Virus record (IMG/VR): IMGVR_UViG_3300015261_000001
Span: 1 to 64,000 of that record
DNA: 64,000 nt
Direction: 5' to 3' (one strand)
Position 1 is the stretch's first letter. Each line of letters begins with the position of its first letter. Below the pieces are notes generated by a model. It was not told the DNA's origin. It saw only the letters and a list, made by a program, of their open reading frames with translations, and did no database searches. Made by a program: the position numbers and the translations under genes. Positions 38,361 to 47,274 of this stretch are shown here, piece by piece.

Positions 38361-38438
38361 TTTCTGCTTTGAGACTTAACGCTAACCCCCGCTATGGCAA
38401 CTCAGGGTAAGTGAGCTGCCCGTAGCTCGTAGCAGGGA

Positions 38439-40631
38439 TTATGGTGCGTTTGGGTCTACAACTGGAACGTTGGCGCCTGCATCACCGATGTTGTCGACGA
38501 TAACGCGCTTCGCGGCCAGCTTGTTGATCAGACCTTCGTTGCTCAGGAACTCGTCGGCGTCGGTGATCTCGAGAGTACCGATGATGACGTTGAGTGCCCA
38601 GTGCTTGTAGGTCGGCAGGGTCATGACCACACCGAAGTCCTGGTCGCCACGAGTGACGTTGCCTTGAACCACGATGTTTTCTTTCGACACGACGACACCG
38701 ATGCCGGCGAGCGGGTTGATCTGCTCGGAGCTGGAGTCGTTGTAAGGAACGATGATCATGCGGCCGATTTCGCTGTCGAAGTTGGTTTCAACGACTTCGA
38801 GGTTGTCGATCGGGCCGATGGTACGAGCATCACCGGAACGGAAGATGAAACGGCTGAGGTTCTGGTGAACGACGCAGGTCCATTTGTTCTTGGTGTTGCC
38901 GCTCGAGTATTCGGCGATAGCAGCCAGGCCAGAACGGGTGTTCAGCGCGGCGACGATGTCGGCGATCTCGTTGGTGATGGCAGAGCTGATTGCGTTGAAC
39001 ACATCGCCCGAACCGTTGGCGGAGATTACTTCCGACAGGGTCAGGGAACGGCGCACAGCAGTCGCGGTCACGAAGTGCTGACCGGCCAGAACTTCAGAAC
39101 CCTGGGTGTTGGAAACAACCGGAGAACCGTCGATGCTGGTGATGTAGTCGATGTGCTTGGTCGCTTCGTCGAACGCGTGCTTGGAGCACTGGTTGTTGAT
39201 GACGATCGACATGTGGGTCAACGCGAAGTCCAGCGACGCTTGGTTCACATCGTCCTTGGCGATCGGGTACTTGACCGAGATCGGGGAACGACGTTGTACC
39301 GACAGGTGTTTCTTGGCGTCGTAAACTTCAATGCGGTAGCCGAAGTTGCCGCGGTTGGTGTTGCTCACGTTCTGGGTGGTGCCAGCAGCCACAACCGAAC
39401 CAGCGGTCAGGGAGTGGATCAGCGCCTTTTGAACGCTGTCGGCGTTACCGACCTTAACGATGTTGGCAGGGTTGTTCAGTGGACGCAGAGCGAACACGGT
39501 AACCGAGCCGGAGTTCAGGCTGAACTCGTTGGTCTGACGCTGGAAAGTACCGGTCAGGGTAACGGACAGCAGCGGCTCGTAGCCGGCGTCTTTGAAGGTC
39601 TTGAACAGAACTTCGCCGATGGCGTTGCCGTCTTTGTCGGTAACCGAGAAACCAGGCAGTTGCTTGATGCGCAGGTTCAGAGCACGGTCATCGGTGGTCT
39701 GAGCGTTGCTGGCTGGTGCGAACGTGTTGTTCGACATGGCCGCGGTGTTGATGAAGAAGTTCTTGTCGGTACCGGCCAGTTTGGCGGCGACGGCAACAGA
39801 CTTCACGGAAATCGAGTTGGACTCGAGTTCGTCAGTCGAAGTCCATGGACGCTGACCAGGAACTTGGGTCAGAGCCAGCAGGTTCGGAACGTTGACCGGA
39901 ACAGCGAACATCTGGGTGTTGTGGGTGGAACGACCGTAGGCGTCGCCCTGCATGTAGCTGACCGGGGTCGGTGCAACCAGAGCAGTAGGGGCGAAGAACA
40001 GGCGGTTGTCGCTCTGAGCGTCGTCAGGGAAGACGGTGTGCACAGACAGCACTTCGTCTTTGAACATTTCGCCGGAGCGCAGCAGGCCGAAGATCGGACG
40101 CAGATCCGACGCCGATTGCCAGGCGGTGTTACCGTAGGCGTAGGTACCCAGGCCAGCAGCACGAACGATCAGCTCGGCGCCTTCTTCCTGGTAGCCAACA
40201 CCGACGGTGGCGAACAGAGCTTCAGCGGCTTTGGTTTGCAGGTGGGACTGGGCGTTCAGGGTCAGGTTGGCTGCCTTGATGTCCTGTTCCTTACCCTGGA
40301 AGTTCTGCATCGAGAAACCTTCCAGACCGGTCACAGCGCTCAGACCGTCTTTCGCCTCGTCGAAGATCTTCACGAGTTCGTGAGGAGTCTCTTTGAGGTT
40401 TTGGCGTTTCAGAACGCCGAGGATGGCATCCTGGGTACGGCCGCTGTGGGTGCCGATGACTTGTTGCACGATCAGAGCTTCGTTACCTTGAACGCTGCTC
40501 AGAGCGGTTCCTACGTCGGTGAAGCTTTCATTGCCGGTAACGGTAGCCAGTCCGCCGGAGGTCAGCGATTGACGGATCGCGGCGAACAGGTTTTTACCCC
40601 CGTTCAGGGAGGTTTGAAGTTGCTTGGCCAT
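38439..40631 (-). CDS. Major capsid protein (phiKZ gp120-like)
   Basis: 730 aa with very strong codon bias. Propeptide with G-x-E sites (TGNES, QGNEA, TGLEGF) followed by NAQSHLQTKAAEALFATV. Lies two genes from DnaB, as in phiKZ. Confidence 0.85.
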   Translation of the reverse strand: MAKQLQTSLNGGKNLFAAIRQSLTSGGLATVTGNESFTDVGTALSSVQGNEALIVQQVIGTHSGRTQDAILGVLKRQNLKETPHELVKIFDEAKDGLSAVTGLEGFSMQNFQGKEQDIKAANLTLNAQSHLQTKAAEALFATVGVGYQEEGAELIVRAAGLGTYAYGNTAWQSASDLRPIFGLLRSGEMFKDEVLSVHTVFPDDAQSDNRLFFAPTALVAPTPVSYMQGDAYGRSTHNTQMFAVPVNVPNLLALTQVPGQRPWTSTDELESNSISVKSVAVAAKLAGTDKNFFINTAAMSNNTFAPASNAQTTDDRALNLRIKQLPGFSVTDKDGNAIGEVLFKTFKDAGYEPLLSVTLTGTFQRQTNEFSLNSGSVTVFALRPLNNPANIVKVGNADSVQKALIHSLTAGSVVAAGTTQNVSNTNRGNFGYRIEVYDAKKHLSVQRRSPISVKYPIAKDDVNQASLDFALTHMSIVINNQCSKHAFDEATKHIDYITSIDGSPVVSNTQGSEVLAGQHFVTATAVRRSLTLSEVISANGSGDVFNAISSAITNEIADIVAALNTRSGLAAIAEYSSGNTKNKWTCVVHQNLSRFIFRSGDARTIGPIDNLEVVETNFDSEIGRMIIVPYNDSSSEQINPLAGIGVVVSKENIVVQGNVTRGDQDFGVVMTLPTYKHWALNVIIGTLEITDADEFLSNEGLINKLAAKRVIVDNIGDAGANVPVVDPNAP

Positions 40632-40716
40632 AATGAGTCAGGTCCTGTGGAAAATTTGAGAACAATCGCTTTTCTATTGCGCAATAGAACTGCACATAAA
40701 ATATAATGAGCAATCC

Positions 40717-41259
40717 CTAGGGGTTCTGTATATGGACGAGTTTATACACCTCGGCCATCGTGAGTTCCCCCAAAGCAGGTTTTATTACAGATCCAAAATG
40801 GGTGTCCAAATATCCAACACGCCCATATATTGTCTCGAGAACAGCGGCAGAGATATTCTTGGCGTTCAGTTTCTCCCAACTTCCGATGTGTGGATTGGCG
40901 GTGTTAGCGGCAATCAGAAGAACCTGTCCCACTTTCGTGGAGTGGAAAGAGGTAGCTCCACGCAGGTACTCGGTTATTGCTTTACTGTCGATCGCATTAA
41001 ATGCTTCGGCGACCATACCACCGTTGTAACCCTCACCAAACGAATGAGCTGCGTCCGGCATGTCCACACCGAACAGCTGAGCCGCTGCGCGTTGGGTTGC
41101 GATGAACTGAGCCACTTCATTGTAAGTGAGCTTGTCATGGTATGCAGATATTTTTCGCAATCCGTCAAAAGGCACGGTTTGCAGAGCCAGGGCTTCTAAC
41201 ATTTCCCCGGTCACAAAATACAACTCGAACGGAAAACCGTTAGGGTATTTGAAGATCAT
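40717..41259 (-). CDS. Conserved hypothetical protein (phiKZ gp119-like position)
   Basis: ORF between the capsid gene and dnaB, with an AGGAG SD. Confidence 0.65.
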   Translation of the reverse strand: MIFKYPNGFPFELYFVTGEMLEALALQTVPFDGLRKISAYHDKLTYNEVAQFIATQRAAAQLFGVDMPDAAHSFGEGYNGGMVAEAFNAIDSKAITEYLRGATSFHSTKVGQVLLIAANTANPHIGSWEKLNAKNISAAVLETIYGRVGYLDTHFGSVIKPALGELTMAEVYKLVHIQNP

Positions 41260-41268
41260 AGACTTTGC

Positions 41269-41280
41269 ACTCCTAGGAGT
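41269..41280. promoter_or_regulatory. Palindromic double ribosome-binding site ACTCCTAGGAGT
   Basis: Gives AGGAG on both strands, 6 nt before the ATG at 41286 and 10 nt before the ATG at 41259. Confidence 0.65.
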
Positions 41281-41285
41281 TAGGC

Positions 41286-42818
41286 ATGAACGATTTACTG
41301 GTGTTGGTCAAACTGTTGACAGCACTGTACCAGGCAAAGAAGCTAAAAGACCCAAACCTGGTAACTGAGCTGACGGAGATCCTGGAAGAACTCCCAGTAC
41401 CCCCTCCAGATATTCTGACGCAAGACAAGAACCTTCGGGAAAGCATCCGGGCAGCAATTCACTGGCTGCTGAGTCAGGACGACGACGACCCACTTATAAA
41501 ATCTCTCTTAATGCAACGCGTGGCCATGTTTGTCAAGGGCGACGACGGTATTAAGGACATTATCGAAGATGGGTTGGAAGAACTGGCGACGGAAGAACTC
41601 ACTCGTAAGTTGGTCTATAAACAGATCACCGAGATTCGTCTGAATTCTGAAGACGAGACTTTCCAGAAGAAGTTCAAGCAGAAGATCAAGGATTTTCTTT
41701 ATAAGGATCATGCTGAACTGAAACGAGAGGACTGGGCTAACCTGATGGACTTGATTACCGAGAAGGTAAACAGTTCGTTTGGTGAACGTCAGTCTGAGGT
41801 TGTGGTGAGTGTTAACACCAACGACCCTGAAAGCTTCTTCGGCATCATCGAGATGGCCAAGAAGGAAAACAGTAAAGAAGGTATTCTCCGTTCAGGTATC
41901 CAAGGACTTAACCAAGGTCTGGAACCGGATGGTGGTTTCCGTCGTAGCAAGATGTACATGCTGGAAGCACTGACCAACCGTGGTAAGTCTTTTGGTATGG
42001 CTCACATTCTCGCTTCTGTGGGTATGTACAACGTACCACAGCTTCGGAACAAGGCCAAGATTCCAACGCTGTTGTTTGAGTCCTCAGAAGACACCATGGA
42101 CTTGGTGATCATGCGGATGTACAAACTGGCGTGCACAATCGATCTGAAAGTAGACGGTGACTTCCAATCTGCTGAAACGACCAACATCGTTGATGCGATT
42201 GCCAACTGCTTCAAGAAGAACGGTTGGTATCTGGTGATGAACCAGATTGAAGCTTACAAAGATAACATCTCCAACATGTTTGCTCGAGTTCGTAAGCTTG
42301 AGCTGAAAGGTCACGAGATCATCTTCTACGGCTACGACTACCTGGCCCTGCAAAACATCGACAAGGTTCCGGGTGAAAGTAAGTCCGACAAACTTCAGTT
42401 GGTTTACCGTCGTGTTCGTTCGTTTGTAACTGCTCGTGGTATCTGCTTCGTAACTCCTCACCAGTTGAGTCCAGAAGCGAAGAAGCTGCTGAAAGAACTT
42501 GATGATGAGTCAGAAGTTTACTTTGCTCGAGAAGTGGCCGGTAAGTCGATGACAGAAACGTCGACGAAGATCACCAACGAAGTAGACGGTGTGATTTGTA
42601 TTCATGTTGCTAAAACTGCTACAAAGACCTACTTCACTGGTGCTATTGGCAAACAGCGTGGTGAAGGGTGTTCACCAGAGAAGCGATTCTTTATCTATGA
42701 TCTGGATCCTGTACTTGGTTTGAAACATGACATCAATGGCAAACCAGCGTTCCGTCGAAGCTTGCAACAACGCTTCAGCGATAGTGGCGATGTCGAGAAC
42801 GATATCGACATGATGTAA
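41286..42818 (+). CDS. dnaB: DnaB-like SF4 replicative helicase (phiKZ gp118-like)
   Basis: SGIQGLN...GGFRR, Walker A ALTNRGKS, FESSED, YDYLAL, TPHQLS, EVDGVI and KQRG motifs. Confidence 0.88.
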   Translation: MNDLLVLVKLLTALYQAKKLKDPNLVTELTEILEELPVPPPDILTQDKNLRESIRAAIHWLLSQDDDDPLIKSLLMQRVAMFVKGDDGIKDIIEDGLEELATEELTRKLVYKQITEIRLNSEDETFQKKFKQKIKDFLYKDHAELKREDWANLMDLITEKVNSSFGERQSEVVVSVNTNDPESFFGIIEMAKKENSKEGILRSGIQGLNQGLEPDGGFRRSKMYMLEALTNRGKSFGMAHILASVGMYNVPQLRNKAKIPTLLFESSEDTMDLVIMRMYKLACTIDLKVDGDFQSAETTNIVDAIANCFKKNGWYLVMNQIEAYKDNISNMFARVRKLELKGHEIIFYGYDYLALQNIDKVPGESKSDKLQLVYRRVRSFVTARGICFVTPHQLSPEAKKLLKELDDESEVYFAREVAGKSMTETSTKITNEVDGVICIHVAKTATKTYFTGAIGKQRGEGCSPEKRFFIYDLDPVLGLKHDINGKPAFRRSLQQRFSDSGDVENDIDMM

Positions 42819-42869
42819 TTCCAACCAACACTTAACCTTAAAGCAAAAAAAAAAGACAAGCCATAAAGA

Positions 42870-42906
42870 CTACCCCTCCCTAGCCTCTGAGGCTAGGGAG
42901 GGGTAG
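42870..42906. terminator. Bidirectional terminator-like hairpin
   Basis: CTACCCCTCCCTAGCCT-ctg-AGGCTAGGGAGGGGTAG (17 bp) between convergent genes, with an A-tract to the left. Confidence 0.85.
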
Positions 42907-42926
42907 GTCTATGTTTGCTTTTGGTA

Positions 42927-43445
42927 TTACGCCGCGGTAGCAATGATCTGCTTGTAACCGCGTTCAGCCAATTCTTCATCACCTTCAAAGATGTATTTGA
43001 ATTGAGCCAGGTAAGCTTCACGCTCCCATGGGAATTCCACATAACCTTGAAGGGTAACGTTAAAGTGCTGACCTTCCCAGATCATGTGGCCAGCTTCTAC
43101 GATAGCCAGACGGCCATCCAGGACTTGTTGTACGTGAGTAAGCTCATGCACAAGGTAAGACCGACGGAAACGCTCACGCGCATCCTCAGGTATCTGCTTG
43201 CTCTCATTCACCATGGCATCTGGATAAATGATCAGTGCTAACTCGCGGCCATGCTTGGGAAGGATTTCTAATGTTTCTGGATTGATCTGAAGTACGACCC
43301 CGCCAACTTCACCGTAAGCTTCTACGGCTGGGAACATGCCGCGTGTAGCCATGCAAACGTGGATGTCGTATTGTTCCAACATCGCAACACCCTCTTCACC
43401 AAAGAGAGCGAGCACTTCTTCCATTTTGGTTCGCAACAGTTTCAT
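42927..43445 (-). CDS. Zincin-like metallopeptidase (HExxH)
   Basis: LVHELTHVQQ...PWEREAY. Confidence 0.75.
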   Translation of the reverse strand: MKLLRTKMEEVLALFGEEGVAMLEQYDIHVCMATRGMFPAVEAYGEVGGVVLQINPETLEILPKHGRELALIIYPDAMVNESKQIPEDARERFRRSYLVHELTHVQQVLDGRLAIVEAGHMIWEGQHFNVTLQGYVEFPWEREAYLAQFKYIFEGDEELAERGYKQIIATAA

Positions 43446-43465
43446 GAAAAGGATTCCTTAATTAA

Positions 43466-43810
43466 TTAACGAGTTTTCTTCAGGGCGGAAGTTACCAAAC
43501 TGTTACTCCAGTTGGAATCTTCGTTCATGAGTTTAAGCAGGGATGGACTGGCCTTAACCAAGTTACTCATGTCCATTTCAAAACGCCCGCCTTTACGGAT
43601 ATGCAGGACGCCCAACTGGTGACCAAATTCAGTACTGGCGAATTCGATGAAGTCGCCTTCATTGCAATACGAGATAGCCAACTGCAACATCCGCGGCATC
43701 GCGGTGTCGAAGTAATTGTAATGCCGCACCATGATGACATCCTTGGAGCGACCGCGGTACATAGTTGCTACAACGCGACGGCGAGAAGGGCTGTTGAAAT
43801 CAGTGCTCAT
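43466..43810 (-). CDS. Hypothetical protein
   Basis: 114-aa ORF with a GGAG SD, downstream of a TATATTAC motif. Confidence 0.7.
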   Translation of the reverse strand: MSTDFNSPSRRRVVATMYRGRSKDVIMVRHYNYFDTAMPRMLQLAISYCNEGDFIEFASTEFGHQLGVLHIRKGGRFEMDMSNLVKASPSLLKLMNEDSNWSNSLVTSALKKTR

Positions 43811-43884
43811 GTTGTTTCTCCGAATGTGTTTGAACGCTTACAACGTACAGGTAAACAGCTTAGTTACTAAACTTATCTACCCGG

Positions 43885-43901
43885 GTAATATAGGTCTGAA
43901 A
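43885..43901 (-). promoter_or_regulatory. phiKZ-type early promoter (TTTCAGACCTATATTAC)
   Basis: Exact TATATTAC core, intergenic, upstream of 43810. Confidence 0.65.
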
Positions 43902-43907
43902 TGAAGT

Positions 43908-44032
43908 ATAAGTTAAATAAACCCCTCGCCCCCGGAAAGGCCGGAAAGGCGAGGGGAGAAAAACATAAGTTAAATCCCCCTCACCTCGGGATACCGAGGG
44001 AGGGGGTTAATTGAGTTGGTGTAGTTAAATAA
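43908..44032. repeat. Periodic AGTTAAAT motif (x3) alternating with GC-rich hairpins
   Basis: AGTTAAAT at 43911, 43968 and 44023, with hairpins CCCCTCGCC..GGCGAGGGG and CCCCCTC(A)CCTCGG..CCGAGGGAGGGGG between them. Confidence 0.65.
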
Positions 44033-44051
44033 CAGTAACAGTAATTAATTA

Positions 44052-44891
44052 CTATTTGCTGATAGGCCGTTGTCCGTAAAGCTCCGGGCTATCGATGTCG
44101 ATGTTCTTGCTGATACCACGGAGTGTTCCCAAACCTTCGATGGTCAGAATGTCGGCCCCGCTGTTCCAGGCTTCAGTGACTCGGGAGATCAGGTGGTCCA
44201 GTGGATCAACGCCCTCTTCCAACTGTGTTTCTTCAACACAGTTACCCATGTCGATCGACAACGTTGGTTTCTGTGCAGGGACAGTCAGGGACGATTCGCG
44301 CAGAGCTTCCACGATCTGTGGAACAGAAAGTTGCGCGGTATTCAGGGTTTCCCGCAGACTAGGGTGGGCATCCCAGAACTTTTGAATCTCGGCCAGGTCT
44401 TCTGGAACAATGTCGTTGAACGTCTTTTCCATCGGGGAAACAACGCGTTCGCCGGTCGTCATGTCTTCGGCGTAACCTTCTTTCGACGGAGGATCTACTT
44501 TGTCGAGCAGGTAATGAATCGTGGCAGACAAGTAGTCGAGATGTTCGCCAAGATGCTGCAAATAGGTATCTGGGTCCAGAGAAGCACAAGGACCGTGCTC
44601 TTCGGTAATCACCCGACTAGGGATGTGTTTAAACCCGTCGGTACGAATAGCCGCCAGCAACTCTTTGGTTTCCTGAGTGTTGAAGATGGTGTAGCCCAGT
44701 TGCTGAAAGAATTTCTTCAATGCTTCGCGGATGCCACCTGGATAGGTGTCCAGAGTGTGGCCATCCAGTGCTTTACGCATCGGGCAATTTTCATCCACCC
44801 AAGCGGCATTCCACCCGTAGTTTTTTGGTTGTTCTTCATTAGTCCGGCCAATAGCATCCATTGCCGCATTCAGATCTTTTTGCGAAGTCAT
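44052..44891 (-). CDS. Accessory protein carrying a portal-derived segment
   Basis: Contains TAQLSVPQIVEALRESSLTV, against portal TAQLSVPQIVDALRESSLTV. Confidence 0.8.
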   Translation of the reverse strand: MTSQKDLNAAMDAIGRTNEEQPKNYGWNAAWVDENCPMRKALDGHTLDTYPGGIREALKKFFQQLGYTIFNTQETKELLAAIRTDGFKHIPSRVITEEHGPCASLDPDTYLQHLGEHLDYLSATIHYLLDKVDPPSKEGYAEDMTTGERVVSPMEKTFNDIVPEDLAEIQKFWDAHPSLRETLNTAQLSVPQIVEALRESSLTVPAQKPTLSIDMGNCVEETQLEEGVDPLDHLISRVTEAWNSGADILTIEGLGTLRGISKNIDIDSPELYGQRPISK

Positions 44892-44915
44892 TGCGTTACT
44901 CTCTGTCAGAAAGGT

Positions 44916-45059
44916 TTATTTGGATTCAAACGACGGACGTGCTTCCATCAACTGGATTCGTTCGAAAGTCCGTTGCATTTGTTCGAGTACTTCGTTTTGT
45001 ACAGGCTCCTGCGGAACCTCGATGATTGGAGCGGGCTGATTCTCTTCTTGATCATTCAT
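44916..45059 (-). CDS. Small acidic protein (47 aa)
   Basis: Below the ORF-track cutoff. MNDQEENQPAPIIEVPQEPVQNEVLEQMQRTFERIQLMEARPSFESK, with an AGGT SD-like motif, filling the gap upstream of 44891. Confidence 0.55.
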   Translation of the reverse strand: MNDQEENQPAPIIEVPQEPVQNEVLEQMQRTFERIQLMEARPSFESK

Positions 45060-45207
45060 GATCTAACCTACCGGTTAAAGGAATAAGGCTTAGGTAAGCT
45101 ACGCTCACCTGCTGTCTAAGAGCAAAAATACTTCCCTACTCTCCCACCTGCTTTCGCAAGTAGCTCTCAATCCAGTATAGGTATCTACACCGGACTGAAA
45201 GAAAACC

Positions 45208-46548
45208 TTACACTTGAGCAGTGAACTCTTCGTTGTTAAGGAAGAGGGTTAAAGAGGAGTGTTCCCGGAAGACCATGTCTGGACTCTCAGTATCCTTCTG
45301 TAGCTCGCTACGAGCCCCTAGGAGCGTTCCTTCCTTGTATTTCAACACATCCCCACTCATGTAGAAGAAGCGCAGCGGCATAGCGGGTTGCAGCACGTCA
45401 TGGTCCGAGTTGTTCCACTGAATGCTTTCTACGTCCCCGTCATTAAAGGAGTTAGCCGACAAGTGTTTGCAGAGGTTGTTAGTAGGGGCGTCCAAGAAGG
45501 GCGCAATCTCTTCACCACTGGAACGCTTAGCCGTCTGGTACTCGCTCAGGCTGTCTTGGCGGGTCGCAGCCGCCTGACCGCTGCCGTAGTAAGCACCTGT
45601 CTCCCCCATCACCGCATCAGAGCTTAGGATGCGTTTACCGGTACCTTCGTTCTGCCTGACGATGTCATTACCGTCAATATGCTTACCTTTACCTGTAGAC
45701 AGGATCGTGGTGACCTTGCCTTGGGTAAAGTGCGTGGCGTGCAGTGTAGGGAACACGTTCTCAGGAAGCCGGTAAATGTTCAGCACCTTACGCGCCTGTT
45801 CATACCGACCAGACTTGAACAGAGGATAGATCCACCACATTCCTTTGTAGTAGTACATCCCGAACCCTTTACTGTAAATACCGAACTCATCGTGGTTCTG
45901 CAACCAACGTCCCAGCTGAGGCAACGGAATAGCCGACGGAATGATTACCATCTGGAAAGCCCGAGCGTTGTCGATAGGTCGTTCGATATTCACACCACGG
46001 AAAGCGTCAGCGCCAGTTAGTTGAAGTTTCTTCCCGTACTTCGACAACTGGTAATGCAGAACGCTATCCAACGTGGACATCAGGTGTCGGTCAGACACCA
46101 TCTCGTTCTTCAGGATTGAGTAACCAGTCTCCATCAACTGGAACTTGACGGTAATCATGTTGATATCGTCTTTGGCACTCAGGTTTGCTGTTTGGGTGTT
46201 GTTACCAGCCATCTCCGGGTTACTGTCTCCCAGAGGAATCGCACGGTAACGCTTCATGGTTTGACTCAACCCCTGACGCTCAACAACCTCGATGTACAGA
46301 TTGTCCTTATTCGGGAGAATCTTGTTCATGTAGATACCCGGTTGAATCTGCGCCTGAATACGGAGGTCATCCGAAGCGTTGATGGCGTACAGACTCATCC
46401 GGGAAATGCCTGTTGGCATAATCAACGAGATTTGCTGGTGGTCAGGGAGAATAACCATTGCGGACAGTCTAATCTTCTTGTCGTTTCGCTTGGCTTCTAC
46501 TGAGTTAGCAAAGGCGACAAGGTTAGATAACGGACGTGGCAAATCCAT
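45208..46548 (-). CDS. Virion structural protein, possibly baseplate hub
   Basis: 446-aa ORF in a structural operon with a GIYSKGFGMYY...WWIYPLF motif. Confidence 0.6.
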   Translation of the reverse strand: MDLPRPLSNLVAFANSVEAKRNDKKIRLSAMVILPDHQQISLIMPTGISRMSLYAINASDDLRIQAQIQPGIYMNKILPNKDNLYIEVVERQGLSQTMKRYRAIPLGDSNPEMAGNNTQTANLSAKDDINMITVKFQLMETGYSILKNEMVSDRHLMSTLDSVLHYQLSKYGKKLQLTGADAFRGVNIERPIDNARAFQMVIIPSAIPLPQLGRWLQNHDEFGIYSKGFGMYYYKGMWWIYPLFKSGRYEQARKVLNIYRLPENVFPTLHATHFTQGKVTTILSTGKGKHIDGNDIVRQNEGTGKRILSSDAVMGETGAYYGSGQAAATRQDSLSEYQTAKRSSGEEIAPFLDAPTNNLCKHLSANSFNDGDVESIQWNNSDHDVLQPAMPLRFFYMSGDVLKYKEGTLLGARSELQKDTESPDMVFREHSSLTLFLNNEEFTAQV

Positions 46549-46551
46549 CGG

Positions 46552-47274
46552 TTATTTCCCTGTTTTAAAGACCCACTCTCCGAGGTTGTGCACGGAGTCA
46601 GGTGTGGCGAGGCTATCAGCAACCGCCTTGTTGGTGAGGATTGGGTGGTCAGCAAAGGACGTACCACCGAACTCCGCTTGTTGGATGCCGTCCAAATGAC
46701 TGAACCAGCTGATGCCGTCTTCGGTAGTAGAGCCAGCGGCAGCCATACCAAACAACTGCGCCAGCCCCAACAGGTTCGCTCGGTTGGCTGCTTTCTCGTC
46801 GATCACCTTGCGGTAAACGTGGGCGTTGTTCAGGTAGGACTTGATCCGCTTGTACTCGCCAAAGACGCTGTACGCCATCAACTCCAAGTTGCGGAGTTCA
46901 TCCATCGGTGGCAACGGGAACTCAGGTGCCTTATGGAACAACTCACACCAGAGCTGCAAGTACTCTTGAATCGATTCGTAGATCTCGACAATCGCGTTGT
47001 TGGGGTCGCGAAACCCCAACTCCTTCTCACTCACCAAGTTAGGCAAGATGTCGATAATTTGCGGAATCTTGTACAGTCGCTCTTGGTACTCGTCGTAATG
47101 GTTGGGGTCGTTAACGAACCCGTCCTGGGTGTACTCCGGTCTGTCCCGCAGTTCCTCGATCGACATCAACATCTTGGGTGTTACATAAACGGCGTACAAC
47201 CGGTTATTCAAGATGTTGAAAAGAAAGAAGATACGGTCCCGGATAAAGTTGTATCGACTGAGCGGTAGACTCAC
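46552..47274 (-). CDS. Conserved hypothetical protein
   Basis: Start revised to the GTG at 47274, which overlaps the upstream TGA and has a GGAGG SD. Confidence 0.65.
   Translation of the reverse strand: MSLPLSRYNFIRDRIFFLFNILNNRLYAVYVTPKMLMSIEELRDRPEYTQDGFVNDPNHYDEYQERLYKIPQIIDILPNLVSEKELGFRDPNNAIVEIYESIQEYLQLWCELFHKAPEFPLPPMDELRNLELMAYSVFGEYKRIKSYLNNAHVYRKVIDEKAANRANLLGLAQLFGMAAAGSTTEDGISWFSHLDGIQQAEFGGTSFADHPILTNKAVADSLATPDSVHNLGEWVFKTGK

Noticed and set aside
38601-40706. 701-aa plus-strand ORF antisense to the capsid gene, and similar long antisense ORFs (10-1116, 10142-11617, 16972-18711, 27040-29289, 54007-55401, 61203-63917)
   Set aside because: They mirror strongly codon-biased genes. 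Scarcity of TTA/CTA/TCA codons removes antisense stops, and the translations have no recognisable motifs.
43908-44032. Possible mini-CRISPR array
   Set aside because: The constant part is only 8-11 nt, the variable parts are themselves hairpins, and no cas genes are present.
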